From an uncultured Ferruginibacter sp. (GTDB lineage: Bacteria > Bacteroidota > Bacteroidia > Chitinophagales > Chitinophagaceae): DNA of 38,601 nucleotides. The notes beneath the pieces are model-generated. The model saw only the letters and a program-made list of their open reading frames with translations, searched no databases and was not told the origin of the DNA. The stretch is taken from assembly GCA_964554605.1 (NCBI GenBank), contig CAZKPH010000001.1, positions 1 to 38,601 of the forward strand, given 5' to 3'. Both the position numbers and the translations under genes were made by a program. Below, one piece after another: positions 8,630 through 17,737 of this stretch (position 1 is the stretch's first letter; every line of letters starts with the position of its first letter).

Positions 8630-9046
8630 CTATGGGCTCAGCTTCGCAAAAATAACTCCGGCTATCAATGCTTGTAATAACCCATATAACAACCAGCTTG
8701 CCACCATTATAAAAGTTATATCCATAGCGCTAAAGCTTATCCACATAACGGGTACCAATGCCGTCGCAGCATAGACAAGGCCAAATTCAAACCCTCTTAA
8801 AATAAAATTTCCCCTGAATAGTGTTTTGAATCTTTCCCAAAACCAGGATAATGCAAAACTGATTATAAAGGCATGTGCATAAAACATAATATCCCGCTCG
8901 CTTCCGGAATTGAATAAAGGATTATTATATTCTACAAAAATGGAGGGAAAAAAAGATATGGCAATATACAACCCCCCGTAGCTTATTATACTCAACAATA
9001 CTCCGGCTATAAGGCCGTTTTTGAAAATCTTTTTCATTTGATGCAA
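8630..9046 (-). CDS. Hypothetical membrane protein with about 4 TM helices
   Basis: Four hydrophobic segments; converges on the YceI operon. The start may be the ATG at 9037. Confidence 0.7.
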   Translation of the reverse strand: MHQMKKIFKNGLIAGVLLSIISYGGLYIAISFFPSIFVEYNNPLFNSGSERDIMFYAHAFIISFALSWFWERFKTLFRGNFILRGFEFGLVYAATALVPVMWISFSAMDITFIMVASWLLYGLLQALIAGVIFAKLSP

Positions 9047-9109
9047 TAGTTTAAGATTAAATAAAGATTGTTGTGTTTCTTTTGGAAAAATACTGATTTT
9101 ATTTTACTC

Positions 9110-10978
9110 TTACCTTCCCATAAATACCATCAATATCTGAACATCGCTGGGATTAACTCCTGATATTCTTGATGCCTGGCCCAACGTGCGAGGTTTTATC
9201 TTTTTAAATTTCTGTCTGGCTTCATTGCTTAATGACGTTAGTTTTTCATAATCAAAATTATCCGGGATAATGAGATCTTCAAGCTGGCTCATTTTATTAA
9301 CCAGTTCCTTCTCTTTTTCAATGTAAGTGCTGTATTTGATTTGTATCTCTGCTTGTTCCAGGGTTTCTGTTTCATAGTTTTGCAACAATTTTTTTACAGA
9401 AGGGATTGCATTCATTATTCCACAAATACCAAGGTTGGGCCTTAATAATAATTGCCTGATCTTTTGCTTTTTTTCTAACGGTGAAGAACAAATGTTTTCT
9501 AAATATGTATTTATTTCTTCCGGTTCAATTGAAGAAGAGTCAAATATTTCTTTAATTTTTACAATATCGTTTTCCTTTCGGCGAACCAAACCCATACGTT
9601 CGTCAGAAGCGAGGCCTAGTTTATGACTTAATGCCGTTAATCTTAAATCGGCATTGTCCTGCCTAAGCAAGGTCCTAAACTCAGCTCTGCTGGTAAACAT
9701 CCGGTAAGGCTCATCCGTACCTTTGTTAATCAGGTCGTCAATTAGCACTCCTATGTACGCTTCGCTTCTTTTTAATACAAACGGTTCTTTTTCATTTATT
9801 TTCTGATGCGCATTAATCCCGGCTATTAAACCCTGGCAAGCGGCTTCTTCATAACCGGTAGTGCCGTTTATTTGACCGGCAAAAAACAGGTTTTCTATAA
9901 TTTTTGTTTCCAGGCTGAATTTAAGTTGTGTGGGCGGAAAATAATCATACTCGATCGCATACCCGGGTCTGAACATCTTGCATTTTTCAAATCCCGGAAT
10001 ATTTTTGAGTGCTTTGTATTGGATATCTTCTGGAAGCGAGGAAGAAAAACCATTGACATAAATTTCAATGGTTTGAAATCCCTCTGGTTCAACAAATAAC
10101 TGATGCCTGTCTCTTTCTGCAAAGCGGTTTATCTTATCTTCTATACTTGGACAGTATCTTGGACCAATCCCCTGAATTCTTCCCTGAAACATCGGACTTT
10201 TTTCAAACCCGGTTCTTAAAATATCATGAACTTTTTGGTTCGTGTAGGTAATCCAACAACTTCGTTGATTTTTTGCACTTAACTTGTTGATTTTCAAATA
10301 GCTAAATCCTGTTATTGCCTCATCGCCTTTTTGCTCTTCCATCCGGGAATAGTCCAGACTCCGACCATCGATACGAGGAGGTGTTCCGGTCTTAAGCCTG
10401 TCACTTTCAAATCCCAGGGCAATTAATTGTTCTGTAATGCCGGTAGCCGCTTTCTCCGCCATTCTTCCACCGCCCAAATGCTTTTCTCCCACATGGATAA
10501 TTCCGTTAAGAAAAGTTCCGTTAGTTAAAATAACTGCTTTTGCCTGGATTCTGTGCCCCCATCCTGTGACCACACCGCAGGTTCGCCCGGAATCTACAAT
10601 CAGCCCATGTACCATATCCTGATAGAAATCAAGATTTTCTGTTTTTTCCAACATTTCTCTCCATTTTTGAGAGAATAACATTCTGTCATTTTGAGCCCTG
10701 GGGCTCCACATTGCCGGGCCTTTACTACGGTTGAGCATCCTAAATTGGATCATGCTTTCATCTGTCACAATACCGCTATAACCACCAATAGCATCTATTT
10801 CCCTGATAATCTGCCCCTTAGCAATTCCCCCCATTGCGGGATTACAACTCATTTGCGCAAATGTTTGCATATTCATTGTAATTAACAAGACCCTACTGCC
10901 CATATTGGCAGCAGCTGCAGCCGCTTCGCAACCGGCATGCCCGGCTCCAACAACAATTATATCGTATTCAGGAAACAT
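9110..10978 (-). CDS. mnmG: tRNA uridine-5-carboxymethylaminomethyl(34) synthesis enzyme MnmG (GidA)
   Basis: GAGHAGCEAA, MSCNPAMGG, GPRYCPSIEDK, AGQINGTTGYEEAA and PYRMFTSRAEFR signatures. Confidence 0.98.
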   Translation of the reverse strand: MFPEYDIIVVGAGHAGCEAAAAAANMGSRVLLITMNMQTFAQMSCNPAMGGIAKGQIIREIDAIGGYSGIVTDESMIQFRMLNRSKGPAMWSPRAQNDRMLFSQKWREMLEKTENLDFYQDMVHGLIVDSGRTCGVVTGWGHRIQAKAVILTNGTFLNGIIHVGEKHLGGGRMAEKAATGITEQLIALGFESDRLKTGTPPRIDGRSLDYSRMEEQKGDEAITGFSYLKINKLSAKNQRSCWITYTNQKVHDILRTGFEKSPMFQGRIQGIGPRYCPSIEDKINRFAERDRHQLFVEPEGFQTIEIYVNGFSSSLPEDIQYKALKNIPGFEKCKMFRPGYAIEYDYFPPTQLKFSLETKIIENLFFAGQINGTTGYEEAACQGLIAGINAHQKINEKEPFVLKRSEAYIGVLIDDLINKGTDEPYRMFTSRAEFRTLLRQDNADLRLTALSHKLGLASDERMGLVRRKENDIVKIKEIFDSSSIEPEEINTYLENICSSPLEKKQKIRQLLLRPNLGICGIMNAIPSVKKLLQNYETETLEQAEIQIKYSTYIEKEKELVNKMSQLEDLIIPDNFDYEKLTSLSNEARQKFKKIKPRTLGQASRISGVNPSDVQILMVFMGR

Positions 10979-10985
10979 TAGGCGG

Positions 10986-10993
10986 CAAAGGTA
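10986..10993 (-). promoter_or_regulatory. -7 box TACCTTTG of mnmG
   Basis: TAnnTTTG consensus ending 7 nt before the ATG. Confidence 0.6.
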
Positions 10994-11008
10994 ATACAGT
11001 AAAGTATT

Positions 11009-11629
11009 TTATTGGTTACCAAACTTATTGACAATATCTCTTTCGATTAAGACATTATTCAATGCAACCCCTTGATTGACCCGAAGCAAATCTTCGGGCT
11101 GAAGGGATTTAAGTTTTAGAATTCTGTCATTATTAGTCGTAATAAAATCAAATATAGCCGGAGATATATTTATGGGTGTTTTTTCGATCGATTCAATTTT
11201 TGCAACTAAATCAAGGAGAAAATCAAGCTGTGTTTTATCATATAAAAGAAAAAAATAATTTTTAGCCGATAAGATATTTTGTTTGGGGTCAGAAACTAAT
11301 GATTCTGTTATTTTCTCCACTCTTATATTTAGAAAATTCCAGCAAAGCAATAAATCATCTTTTTTTGAAAAATCAAAATAGCTCATTGGTATAACATGGT
11401 CTAATTGCCAGGATATACCGAAATTGCCCCAGTTTAAACTCATATCAAACTGCACTGCTATCCACTCTCTAAATCCTTCAATATCAATTCCGAAATAGGG
11501 TGCATAATCATAAGATGGCTTTTTTTCAATGATATACCTTCGTAGTGCTAATTGCCATTTTTTTTTCTCTCGTGCCTTTAGAATATCTTGTGTTACTTCG
11601 GTTTTGGGTGTCCATTTTTTCCTGTTCAT
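11009..11629 (-). CDS. Hypothetical protein with an HNH-like (virus/phage-type) motif
   Basis: FREWI..QF..LNWGNFG..WQLDHVIP.S.FD......L.CWNFLNIR resembles the M.W.NYG.WHIDHIIP...FD......CFHY.NLQP motif of phage and giant-virus HNH endonucleases. Confidence 0.6.
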   Translation of the reverse strand: MNRKKWTPKTEVTQDILKAREKKKWQLALRRYIIEKKPSYDYAPYFGIDIEGFREWIAVQFDMSLNWGNFGISWQLDHVIPMSYFDFSKKDDLLLCWNFLNIRVEKITESLVSDPKQNILSAKNYFFLLYDKTQLDFLLDLVAKIESIEKTPINISPAIFDFITTNNDRILKLKSLQPEDLLRVNQGVALNNVLIERDIVNKFGNQ

Positions 11630-11646
11630 AGAATAAAAATACTACA

Positions 11647-11726
11647 TGTTCCCAACAGAAACTGTGAATCGTGGAACATTTTTTTACATAAGTATGTTTC
11701 GGTAAGAAACTGTTCCTTGTGAAACA
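11647..11726. repeat. Cluster of four degenerate parS-like palindromes
   Basis: TGTTCCttGTGAAACA (11711-11726, 14/16 to TGTTCCACGTGAAACA), TGTgaatCGTGGAACA (11663-11678), TGTTCC-caaca-GAAAC (11647-11662) and TGTTTC-ggtaa-GAAAC (11695-11710). Confidence 0.6.
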
Positions 11727-11729
11727 AAT

Positions 11730-12158
11730 TCAGGATTTCAAATAGAGTTGAAGGTAGTGATCTTCCTTATAGCGCATTATCTGTTTGTCCTTTGGTATTT
11801 TGTCCCTATAATCGCAGAGATGTAAAGCCCCATGGAAAATAACCCTTAATAGTTCTGTAGCTTGCTTCTCCCCAATATTTTCAGCATTTTCCCTTACTCT
11901 GTCAATGCTTATATAAATCTCGCCAATAATTTCATCTTTATTGTTATCAGAAAGATCAAAAGTTACAATATCTGTATAATAATCGTGCTTTAAAAACTTT
12001 TGGTTTATGCTTAAAAGAAACTCATCATTACAAAATATATAAGAAAGAGAAGCAAGCCTTTTCTTTTCCGAAAGAAAAATACTCTCAATAAATTGCTTAA
12101 GCTGGTTTCGCCGGGTTAAGGTTATTTTTGTATCAGGAAAAAAAAATTTTACAGGCAT
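11730..12158 (-). CDS. ybeY: rRNA maturation endoribonuclease YbeY
   Basis: N..FL.HDYYTDIVTF, GEIYISID and RVIFHGALHLCDY (the Bacteroidota form of the YbeY metal motif). Confidence 0.95.
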   Translation of the reverse strand: MPVKFFFPDTKITLTRRNQLKQFIESIFLSEKKRLASLSYIFCNDEFLLSINQKFLKHDYYTDIVTFDLSDNNKDEIIGEIYISIDRVRENAENIGEKQATELLRVIFHGALHLCDYRDKIPKDKQIMRYKEDHYLQLYLKS

Positions 12159-12227
12159 GGTGTATTTTCTAAAATCGAAATTATTAAACTATTACGAATG
12201 AATACATTTGCACCTTAATATTATTGC

Positions 12228-12455
12228 ATGGAAAAAAGGCTTTCAGAGATCCTGGTAGGAAAAACTGTTATTGTAAAACATTTCGAAAAAGATGATATTT
12301 TTTTGAAACTCATGGAAATGGGCTGTGTTCCCGGAGAAAAAATAACTATAGACCAGATTGCTCCACTGGGAGACCCAATTTCTATTTTAGTTGCGGGTTA
12401 TCATTTAAGTTTACGACTTAATGAAGCAGAAAATATTTGGGTAGAAGAATGCTAA
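12228..12455 (+). CDS. feoA: FeoA-family SH3-like protein (stand-alone)
   Basis: LMEMGCVPG..APLGDPI..GYHLSLRLNEA signature; -7 box TACATTTG at 12203-12210. Confidence 0.9.
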   Translation: MEKRLSEILVGKTVIVKHFEKDDIFLKLMEMGCVPGEKITIDQIAPLGDPISILVAGYHLSLRLNEAENIWVEEC

Positions 12456-12479
12456 ACTATATTTGATTGCATTATAATT

Positions 12480-13049
12480 ATGAAAATCGGTTTGTATTTT
12501 GGCTCCTTTAATCCCGTTCATAACGGGCACCTTATAATTGCTAGTCATGTCGCTAATTTTACTGATATTCAACAAGTTTGGCTTGTTGTCTCTCCGCAAA
12601 ATCCACATAAATCTTCTTCGAGCCTGCTCAATGAATATCATCGATTACACCTAATTAGAACAGCTATTGAAGGAGAAAATAACTTAAGAGTATCTAATAT
12701 TGAGTTTGGGCTTCCCAAGCCTTCCTATACAGCAGACACACTCACATATCTTAGAGAGAAATATCCCCAACACGAATTTTGCATAATAATGGGAAGCGAT
12801 AGTTTTGAAAACCTTCATAAGTGGAAAAACTTTAAGCATATTATCAGATCAACAAAAATATATATATACCTAAGGCCAGATTACCCGGTATCCAATACAA
12901 TCAATGCTAATGTAGAAATAGTTAATGCCCCGCTAATTGAAATTTCGTCTACTCGTATACGTGAGTTAATAAAAAATGGCAAATCTTTCAGATACCTTGT
13001 GCCCGATGCGGTTAGAGACGAAATTGTAAATAATTCTTACTATAAATAA
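12480..13049 (+). CDS. nadD: Nicotinate-nucleotide adenylyltransferase
   Basis: FGSFNPVHNGH (HxGH motif), IMGSDS..L.KWKN and ISSTRIR; -7 box TATATTTG at 12458-12465. Confidence 0.96.
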   Translation: MKIGLYFGSFNPVHNGHLIIASHVANFTDIQQVWLVVSPQNPHKSSSSLLNEYHRLHLIRTAIEGENNLRVSNIEFGLPKPSYTADTLTYLREKYPQHEFCIIMGSDSFENLHKWKNFKHIIRSTKIYIYLRPDYPVSNTINANVEIVNAPLIEISSTRIRELIKNGKSFRYLVPDAVRDEIVNNSYYK

Positions 13050-13051
13050 AT

Positions 13052-14302
13052 CTAAAAAAACAAACCCAGAAGAATACACCCGATAACAATAAAAGGTGCG
13101 GGAATCTTTGTATACTGCAATATTAATATTGTTCCGCCAATTACTGCCAGGTTAATGAGACTTAAGACATTCATCGCTGTAATAGAGATATCTTTGAGTA
13201 AATAAAGTGTTGCAGCCCACATTAAACCAACAACGACAGCATTAATGCCTTCTAGTGCCCTAAATACTACAACATATTTTTTTAAATATTGCCACACAGG
13301 GAAAAAGAACAAAACGAGTAACGCACTAGGCAAAAAAATTGCCACCGATCCTATAACGGAGCCTAAAACCTGAACAGGCCTGCCTTCGCTTTTAAAAGCT
13401 ATTGCGCCGGTAAATGACGCAATTGAAAAAACAGGCCCTGGTATAGCACGGACTATTCCAGCCCCTGTCAATAATTCTTCTCGCTCTATTCTAATAAAAT
13501 TCTCTTTACTATCTTTATACTTATCAGCATTAGGCCTTGCAACATACTGGTCTAGCATCATAGGAATTAATACATCTCCGCCGCCAAATACAAAACTTCC
13601 GAATCGATAGAAATTTTCAAAAAGATTATAGGCTTTTCTTTCAGGCCACTCATATTTCCTCGCAGAGCTACTAAGTATTCCTGCTATAATAAATATTAAT
13701 AAAAACAACCATATATTTGTCCATCGAATATGCCGGGGCTTTACTTTTTCTCTTTCCGGAATTCGCTTATCACTAAAGTTTGTAGTGATACCTCCTACAA
13801 TTATCAATATGGGAAACATTATAGGAGATTTAAATGTTAAATAGGAAATAACCATTGCAACCAGCATTATTATTTCCGTTATGAGATTATGTACTGAAAT
13901 CTTAAAAGCTTTAATGGCTGCATAAGCCAGGAACCCGATTGCCATTGGCTGGATAAATTGAAATATACTGCTATTAAGATTTTTCGCACCAATATCTGTT
14001 ACAATAAACGCAAATGAACCCATTAAAAAACATGCGGGGAAAATCCAGATAAGCAGTGTAAGAATTGCCAGGGGAACCCCTCCTCGCTTATAACCGATTA
14101 GTGTAAGTGTTTGTGTAGATGAAGCTCCAGGCAACATCTGACAAAAGGAAATATACTCCATCAGTTCTTCCTTTGTTATATCCTTTCTTCTATCCACGAA
14201 TGTCTTCATCACCATTCCTGTATGCCCCTGAGGGCCACCAAATGCTGATATACTATGAATAAAAACAGCCTTCAGAAATGATATGTGACGTACGATTCTC
14301 AA
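13052..14302 (-). CDS. chrA: Long-chain chromate/anion transporter (CHR family)
   Basis: Two homologous halves: [17 protein letters not shown] and [22 protein letters not shown] start. Confidence 0.88.
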   Translation of the reverse strand: MRIVRHISFLKAVFIHSISAFGGPQGHTGMVMKTFVDRRKDITKEELMEYISFCQMLPGASSTQTLTLIGYKRGGVPLAILTLLIWIFPACFLMGSFAFIVTDIGAKNLNSSIFQFIQPMAIGFLAYAAIKAFKISVHNLITEIIMLVAMVISYLTFKSPIMFPILIIVGGITTNFSDKRIPEREKVKPRHIRWTNIWLFLLIFIIAGILSSSARKYEWPERKAYNLFENFYRFGSFVFGGGDVLIPMMLDQYVARPNADKYKDSKENFIRIEREELLTGAGIVRAIPGPVFSIASFTGAIAFKSEGRPVQVLGSVIGSVAIFLPSALLVLFFFPVWQYLKKYVVVFRALEGINAVVVGLMWAATLYLLKDISITAMNVLSLINLAVIGGTILILQYTKIPAPFIVIGCILLGLFF

Positions 14303-14434
14303 TTATTCCCTTCAATCAGATAAACGTACAAGGTAGTCTCTGATAATTCATTTTCAATGTGCAAACAATGTCTGCAATATTACAGATAAACAACAAGATA
14401 ATACAAAACCTCAGAGCTTCAAATATTTATTAAA

Positions 14435-15406
14435 TTAATCTTTAAGCCTTCTTTTTTTAATCATGCCCCCCTTTGCCTCCTTGACCGAACTCATCACAAC
14501 AAAAGCGTTAGGGTCGATTTTCTTTATTTCAAGATTCAATTTACTGATCTCGAGGCGTGTTACTACAGTATAAATAATATCACTGTCAAAACCTTCCCCT
14601 GACTTTCCAAAACCCCTCCTGCCCTGGTATACCGTAACTCCTCTGCCCATAATACTCACAATCATTTCTCTTATCTCATCAGAATGTGGTGAAATAATTG
14701 TAACTCCTGTATATTCTTCAATTCCCTCTATAACAAAATCCAGGGTTTTAGAAGCAGCCAGGTAAGTAATAATAGAATAAAGCGCTGCTTCTACAGAAAG
14801 GAGATAAGCTGCTACAGAAAACACAATAATATTAAAAATGAGTATTATATCGCCGATGGATGTCCCTACTCGCTTACTTAAATATATTGCCAATATCTCT
14901 GTACCGTCTATTACTGCCCCTCCTCGAACTGTCAACCCGATTCCGGCTCCCAGGAAAAACCCTCCAAATACTGCTACTAGCAATTTATCTTGCGTTACGA
15001 CGGGGAAAGTAATCAGTCCTACACAGATAGCAAGCCCTGTAATCGCAAGCGCAGCTTTAAAAGCAAATTTTTTATTAATGACATTCATTCCCAGCAAAAT
15101 GAATGGAATATTAACGCCAATAACCAAAAAAGAAAAGGGTATCCTGGTCAACTCGGTAATAAGAAGGGATATCCCCGTAGCGCCTCCATCAATAAAATTA
15201 CTAGGCAGTAGAAATGCCTTTAGTCCAAAAGAGGCTGAAAAAATTCCTGCAGCTATCAAAAAAAAATCTTTTACAGCTCGTACAGAAACCATACGCAATA
15301 TATGGAAGCCTTTTGCCATCACATATCCGGAATACTTTTGCTTCCTTATATTTTTCCTGTGCTTATATACGGTATTAGTAATGATACTTGCCCAGAATGG
15401 ATTCAT
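14435..15406 (-). CDS. YitT-family membrane protein with C-terminal DUF2179 domain
   Basis: FIDGGATGISL, GGAVIDGTEILA and GRGVTVY.G..G..VVTRLE..IDPNAFV. Confidence 0.9.
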   Translation of the reverse strand: MNPFWASIITNTVYKHRKNIRKQKYSGYVMAKGFHILRMVSVRAVKDFFLIAAGIFSASFGLKAFLLPSNFIDGGATGISLLITELTRIPFSFLVIGVNIPFILLGMNVINKKFAFKAALAITGLAICVGLITFPVVTQDKLLVAVFGGFFLGAGIGLTVRGGAVIDGTEILAIYLSKRVGTSIGDIILIFNIIVFSVAAYLLSVEAALYSIITYLAASKTLDFVIEGIEEYTGVTIISPHSDEIREMIVSIMGRGVTVYQGRRGFGKSGEGFDSDIIYTVVTRLEISKLNLEIKKIDPNAFVVMSSVKEAKGGMIKKRRLKD

Positions 15407-15540
15407 TTCTTTTCTTTTATGCCCTGTAATTTACAACAAAGGAAATTTCTTTTTATGCAAATAACTCTTCTAAAGAGTTAAAATTTACTATATTGTACTA
15501 ATATCCTAACGGAAATTCAATAAAACAAAAATCAACTGTA

Positions 15541-16167
15541 ATGAATCCTGAAAATAAAACAGCAAATGGCATTGTTCACCATAAAACAGATCATTCTGAA
15601 GAAACAATTTTTCCTATTTTAGATGAAGCCTTGTTTTGTACCATCAGTTACGTTTTTAATAATGAACCTTTTGCCTTTCCCACATCCTTTGTTAGAATAG
15701 AAAATCAAATTTATATTCATGGATCTGTAGGAAGCCATTTTCTGAGGCAGTTATCACAACATTTACCTGTTTGTATTTCTATTATGATACCAGACGGAAT
15801 TGTTATTGGGAAATCAGCTTTCCATCATTCCGTTAATTACAGATCTGTTATAATTTTCTCAAAAGGACAACCAATAGATAATTATACTAAAAAATTAGAG
15901 TCGCTAAAAAAACTTACCGAAAAAGTTGTTCCCGGAAGCTGGGGTTATTTGAGGGCTGTTAAAGAATCGGAAATAAACAAAACAATGATTATTGCTTTTG
16001 AAATCAATGAAGCATCTGCTAAAATCAGAGAAGGTATGGCTAATGATGATCTGGAAGACCTTAATTTGCCAGTATGGAGCGGGGTAATTCCAATTTCCCT
16101 TCAAAAAGGTATTCCCATTCCTGATGAACAAAGTAAAAAAATTAATATTCCTGAACACTTAAAATAA
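15541..16167 (+). CDS. Pyridoxamine 5'-phosphate oxidase-like flavin-binding protein (NimA/NimC-like)
   Basis: ILDEA..C, IYIHGS, DG.V..KSAFHHSVNYRSV, ASAKIR.G and WSGVIP. Confidence 0.88.
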   Translation: MNPENKTANGIVHHKTDHSEETIFPILDEALFCTISYVFNNEPFAFPTSFVRIENQIYIHGSVGSHFLRQLSQHLPVCISIMIPDGIVIGKSAFHHSVNYRSVIIFSKGQPIDNYTKKLESLKKLTEKVVPGSWGYLRAVKESEINKTMIIAFEINEASAKIREGMANDDLEDLNLPVWSGVIPISLQKGIPIPDEQSKKINIPEHLK

Positions 16168-16190
16168 GCCATTGCAAAATATTACAATTT

Positions 16191-17186
16191 TTATTGCCGG
16201 CTGATTTCCAACATTCTTTCCATTGGTTTCTTTGCTGCCTGACGCAATGTTTCATCCATTATAATTTCCGGAAGTTCATATTGTAAAGCCAAATACAATT
16301 TTTCGAGTGTATTTAGTTTCATATGCGGGCAATCATTACATGCGCATGTATTATTTGGCGGAGCTGGAATAAATGTTTTATTTGGATTAGCTTTTTGCAT
16401 TTGGTGTAATATGCCGGATTCTGTAACAACAATATATTCAAGAGCATTATTTTTTTTTGAATAATTGAGTAATCCTGTAGTGCTACCTATATAATCCGCA
16501 ATTGTCAGAATGGACTCTTCGCATTCAGGATGTGCGATAACTTTTGCCTGAGGGTGGCGAAGCTTTAATTTTACTATTTTTTCCAAACTAAATATTTCAT
16601 GTACCATACAAGAGCCATTCCAAAGAACCATATTCCTCCCTGTCTTCTTATTCAAGTAAGCTCCCAAATTCTTATCAGGTGCAAAAATAATTTTTTGATC
16701 TTCAGGAAGACTTTCAATAATTTTTTCAGCATTGCTACTTGTGCAGATAATATCACTCAACGCTTTCATTCCTGCAGAACAGTTGATATATGTAATAACA
16801 ATATGATCCGGATATTTTTCCCTAAACAATTTAAATAATTCCGGTGGGGCACTATCACTTAATGAACAGCCGGCATTTAAATCCGGAAGTAATACCTTTT
16901 TTCCGGGATTTAATATTTTAGCGGTTTCTGCCATAAAATGAACACCGGCAAAAACAATTATATCGGCTTCTGTTTTCTCTGCTTGTTGGGCTAACCCTAA
17001 ACTATCACCTATATAATCCGCAACATCCTGAATATCAGGTTCCTGGTAGTAATGTGCCAGTATGATCGCATTCTTTTCCTTTTTTAATCTATCAATTTCT
17101 GCAAAAATATCCAACATTGGATCAACCATAATATCCAAAAACCCCTTTTTTTTCAATAATATCTTTGCGCTGTTAATATCAGACAT
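16191..17186 (-). CDS. nadA: Quinolinate synthase A
   Basis: [41 protein letters not shown] and CPHMK. Confidence 0.97.
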   Translation of the reverse strand: MSDINSAKILLKKKGFLDIMVDPMLDIFAEIDRLKKEKNAIILAHYYQEPDIQDVADYIGDSLGLAQQAEKTEADIIVFAGVHFMAETAKILNPGKKVLLPDLNAGCSLSDSAPPELFKLFREKYPDHIVITYINCSAGMKALSDIICTSSNAEKIIESLPEDQKIIFAPDKNLGAYLNKKTGRNMVLWNGSCMVHEIFSLEKIVKLKLRHPQAKVIAHPECEESILTIADYIGSTTGLLNYSKKNNALEYIVVTESGILHQMQKANPNKTFIPAPPNNTCACNDCPHMKLNTLEKLYLALQYELPEIIMDETLRQAAKKPMERMLEISRQ

Positions 17187-17620
17187 AATATATATTTAAT
17201 ACTTTTTTTTATAAATAACCTACTACTATTAGGAATGTTAATTTGTGTAAAATTCAACTATTTTTCAAATAGTAAAATTAAAGTAAACCATTTATTAACA
17301 AACATCCACAAGAAATTAACAAACTAAAAAAAGATATTAAAGTTATCAAAACCAAGATTTACAAGAGTTTTAATAATGCCTGATTATTAAATACATAATT
17401 GTTAATAAGTATCCGGATGTATAACTTTTAGTTATTGACACAACAAAAACCTGTGTAAAAAACCTGCACAATCCTGGGGTATTTAACAACAATATTTTGT
17501 CCTGTTCGCCAGACTGGATTTTAATTAACCATATCCTAACAAAATAAAAGCTGGAAAAGCTACTTATTAACAGAAAAACCAAACAATTAACAGGGTCTGT
17601 GGATTATAAAAATTTTACTT
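17187..17620. other. Putative chromosomal replication origin (oriC)
   Basis: AT-rich stretch at 17187-17218; trio-like tactactattag at 17221-17232; tandem boxes at 17236-17252; further DnaA-box-like 9-mers at 17292, 17302, 17313, 17343, 17400, 17432, 17452, 17564, 17584 and 17598. Gene orientation flips here, and mnmG and the parS-like sites are nearby. Confidence 0.75.
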
Positions 17621-17704
17621 TGGGTAAAGCAGCCACCAAAACAAAATACCCTAAATTCAGGTCTATAAACTGCTAATTTTACTTATTCATATTGAATTTT
17701 AACC

Positions 17705-17712
17705 TATTTTTG
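17705..17712 (+). promoter_or_regulatory. -7 box TATTTTTG of the PpiD-like gene
   Basis: TAnnTTTG consensus 25 nt before the ATG at 17738. Confidence 0.55.
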
Positions 17713-17737
17713 CCCTCCATTTTAATTGTTGAATATT

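Noticed and set aside
11647-11726. Mini CRISPR array or IS terminal repeats
   Set aside because: The units are short, degenerate and irregularly spaced, with no cas or transposase gene nearby. A parS-like interpretation fits better.
14838-15464. 208-aa plus-strand ORF, and similar long antisense ORFs such as 460-957, 2829-3326, 20104-20760, 28075-28509, 32771-33142 and 33269-33817
   Set aside because: These are antisense shadows of well-supported genes and have no recognisable motifs.
12480-17186. nadD, nadA and Hox as a dedicated NAD island
   Set aside because: The genes are in separate transcription units on different strands, with unrelated genes between them and no shared regulatory motif seen.
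17370-17582. 70-aa minus-strand ORF
   Set aside because: It has a TTG start, no motif, and runs through the DnaA-box cluster of the putative oriC.
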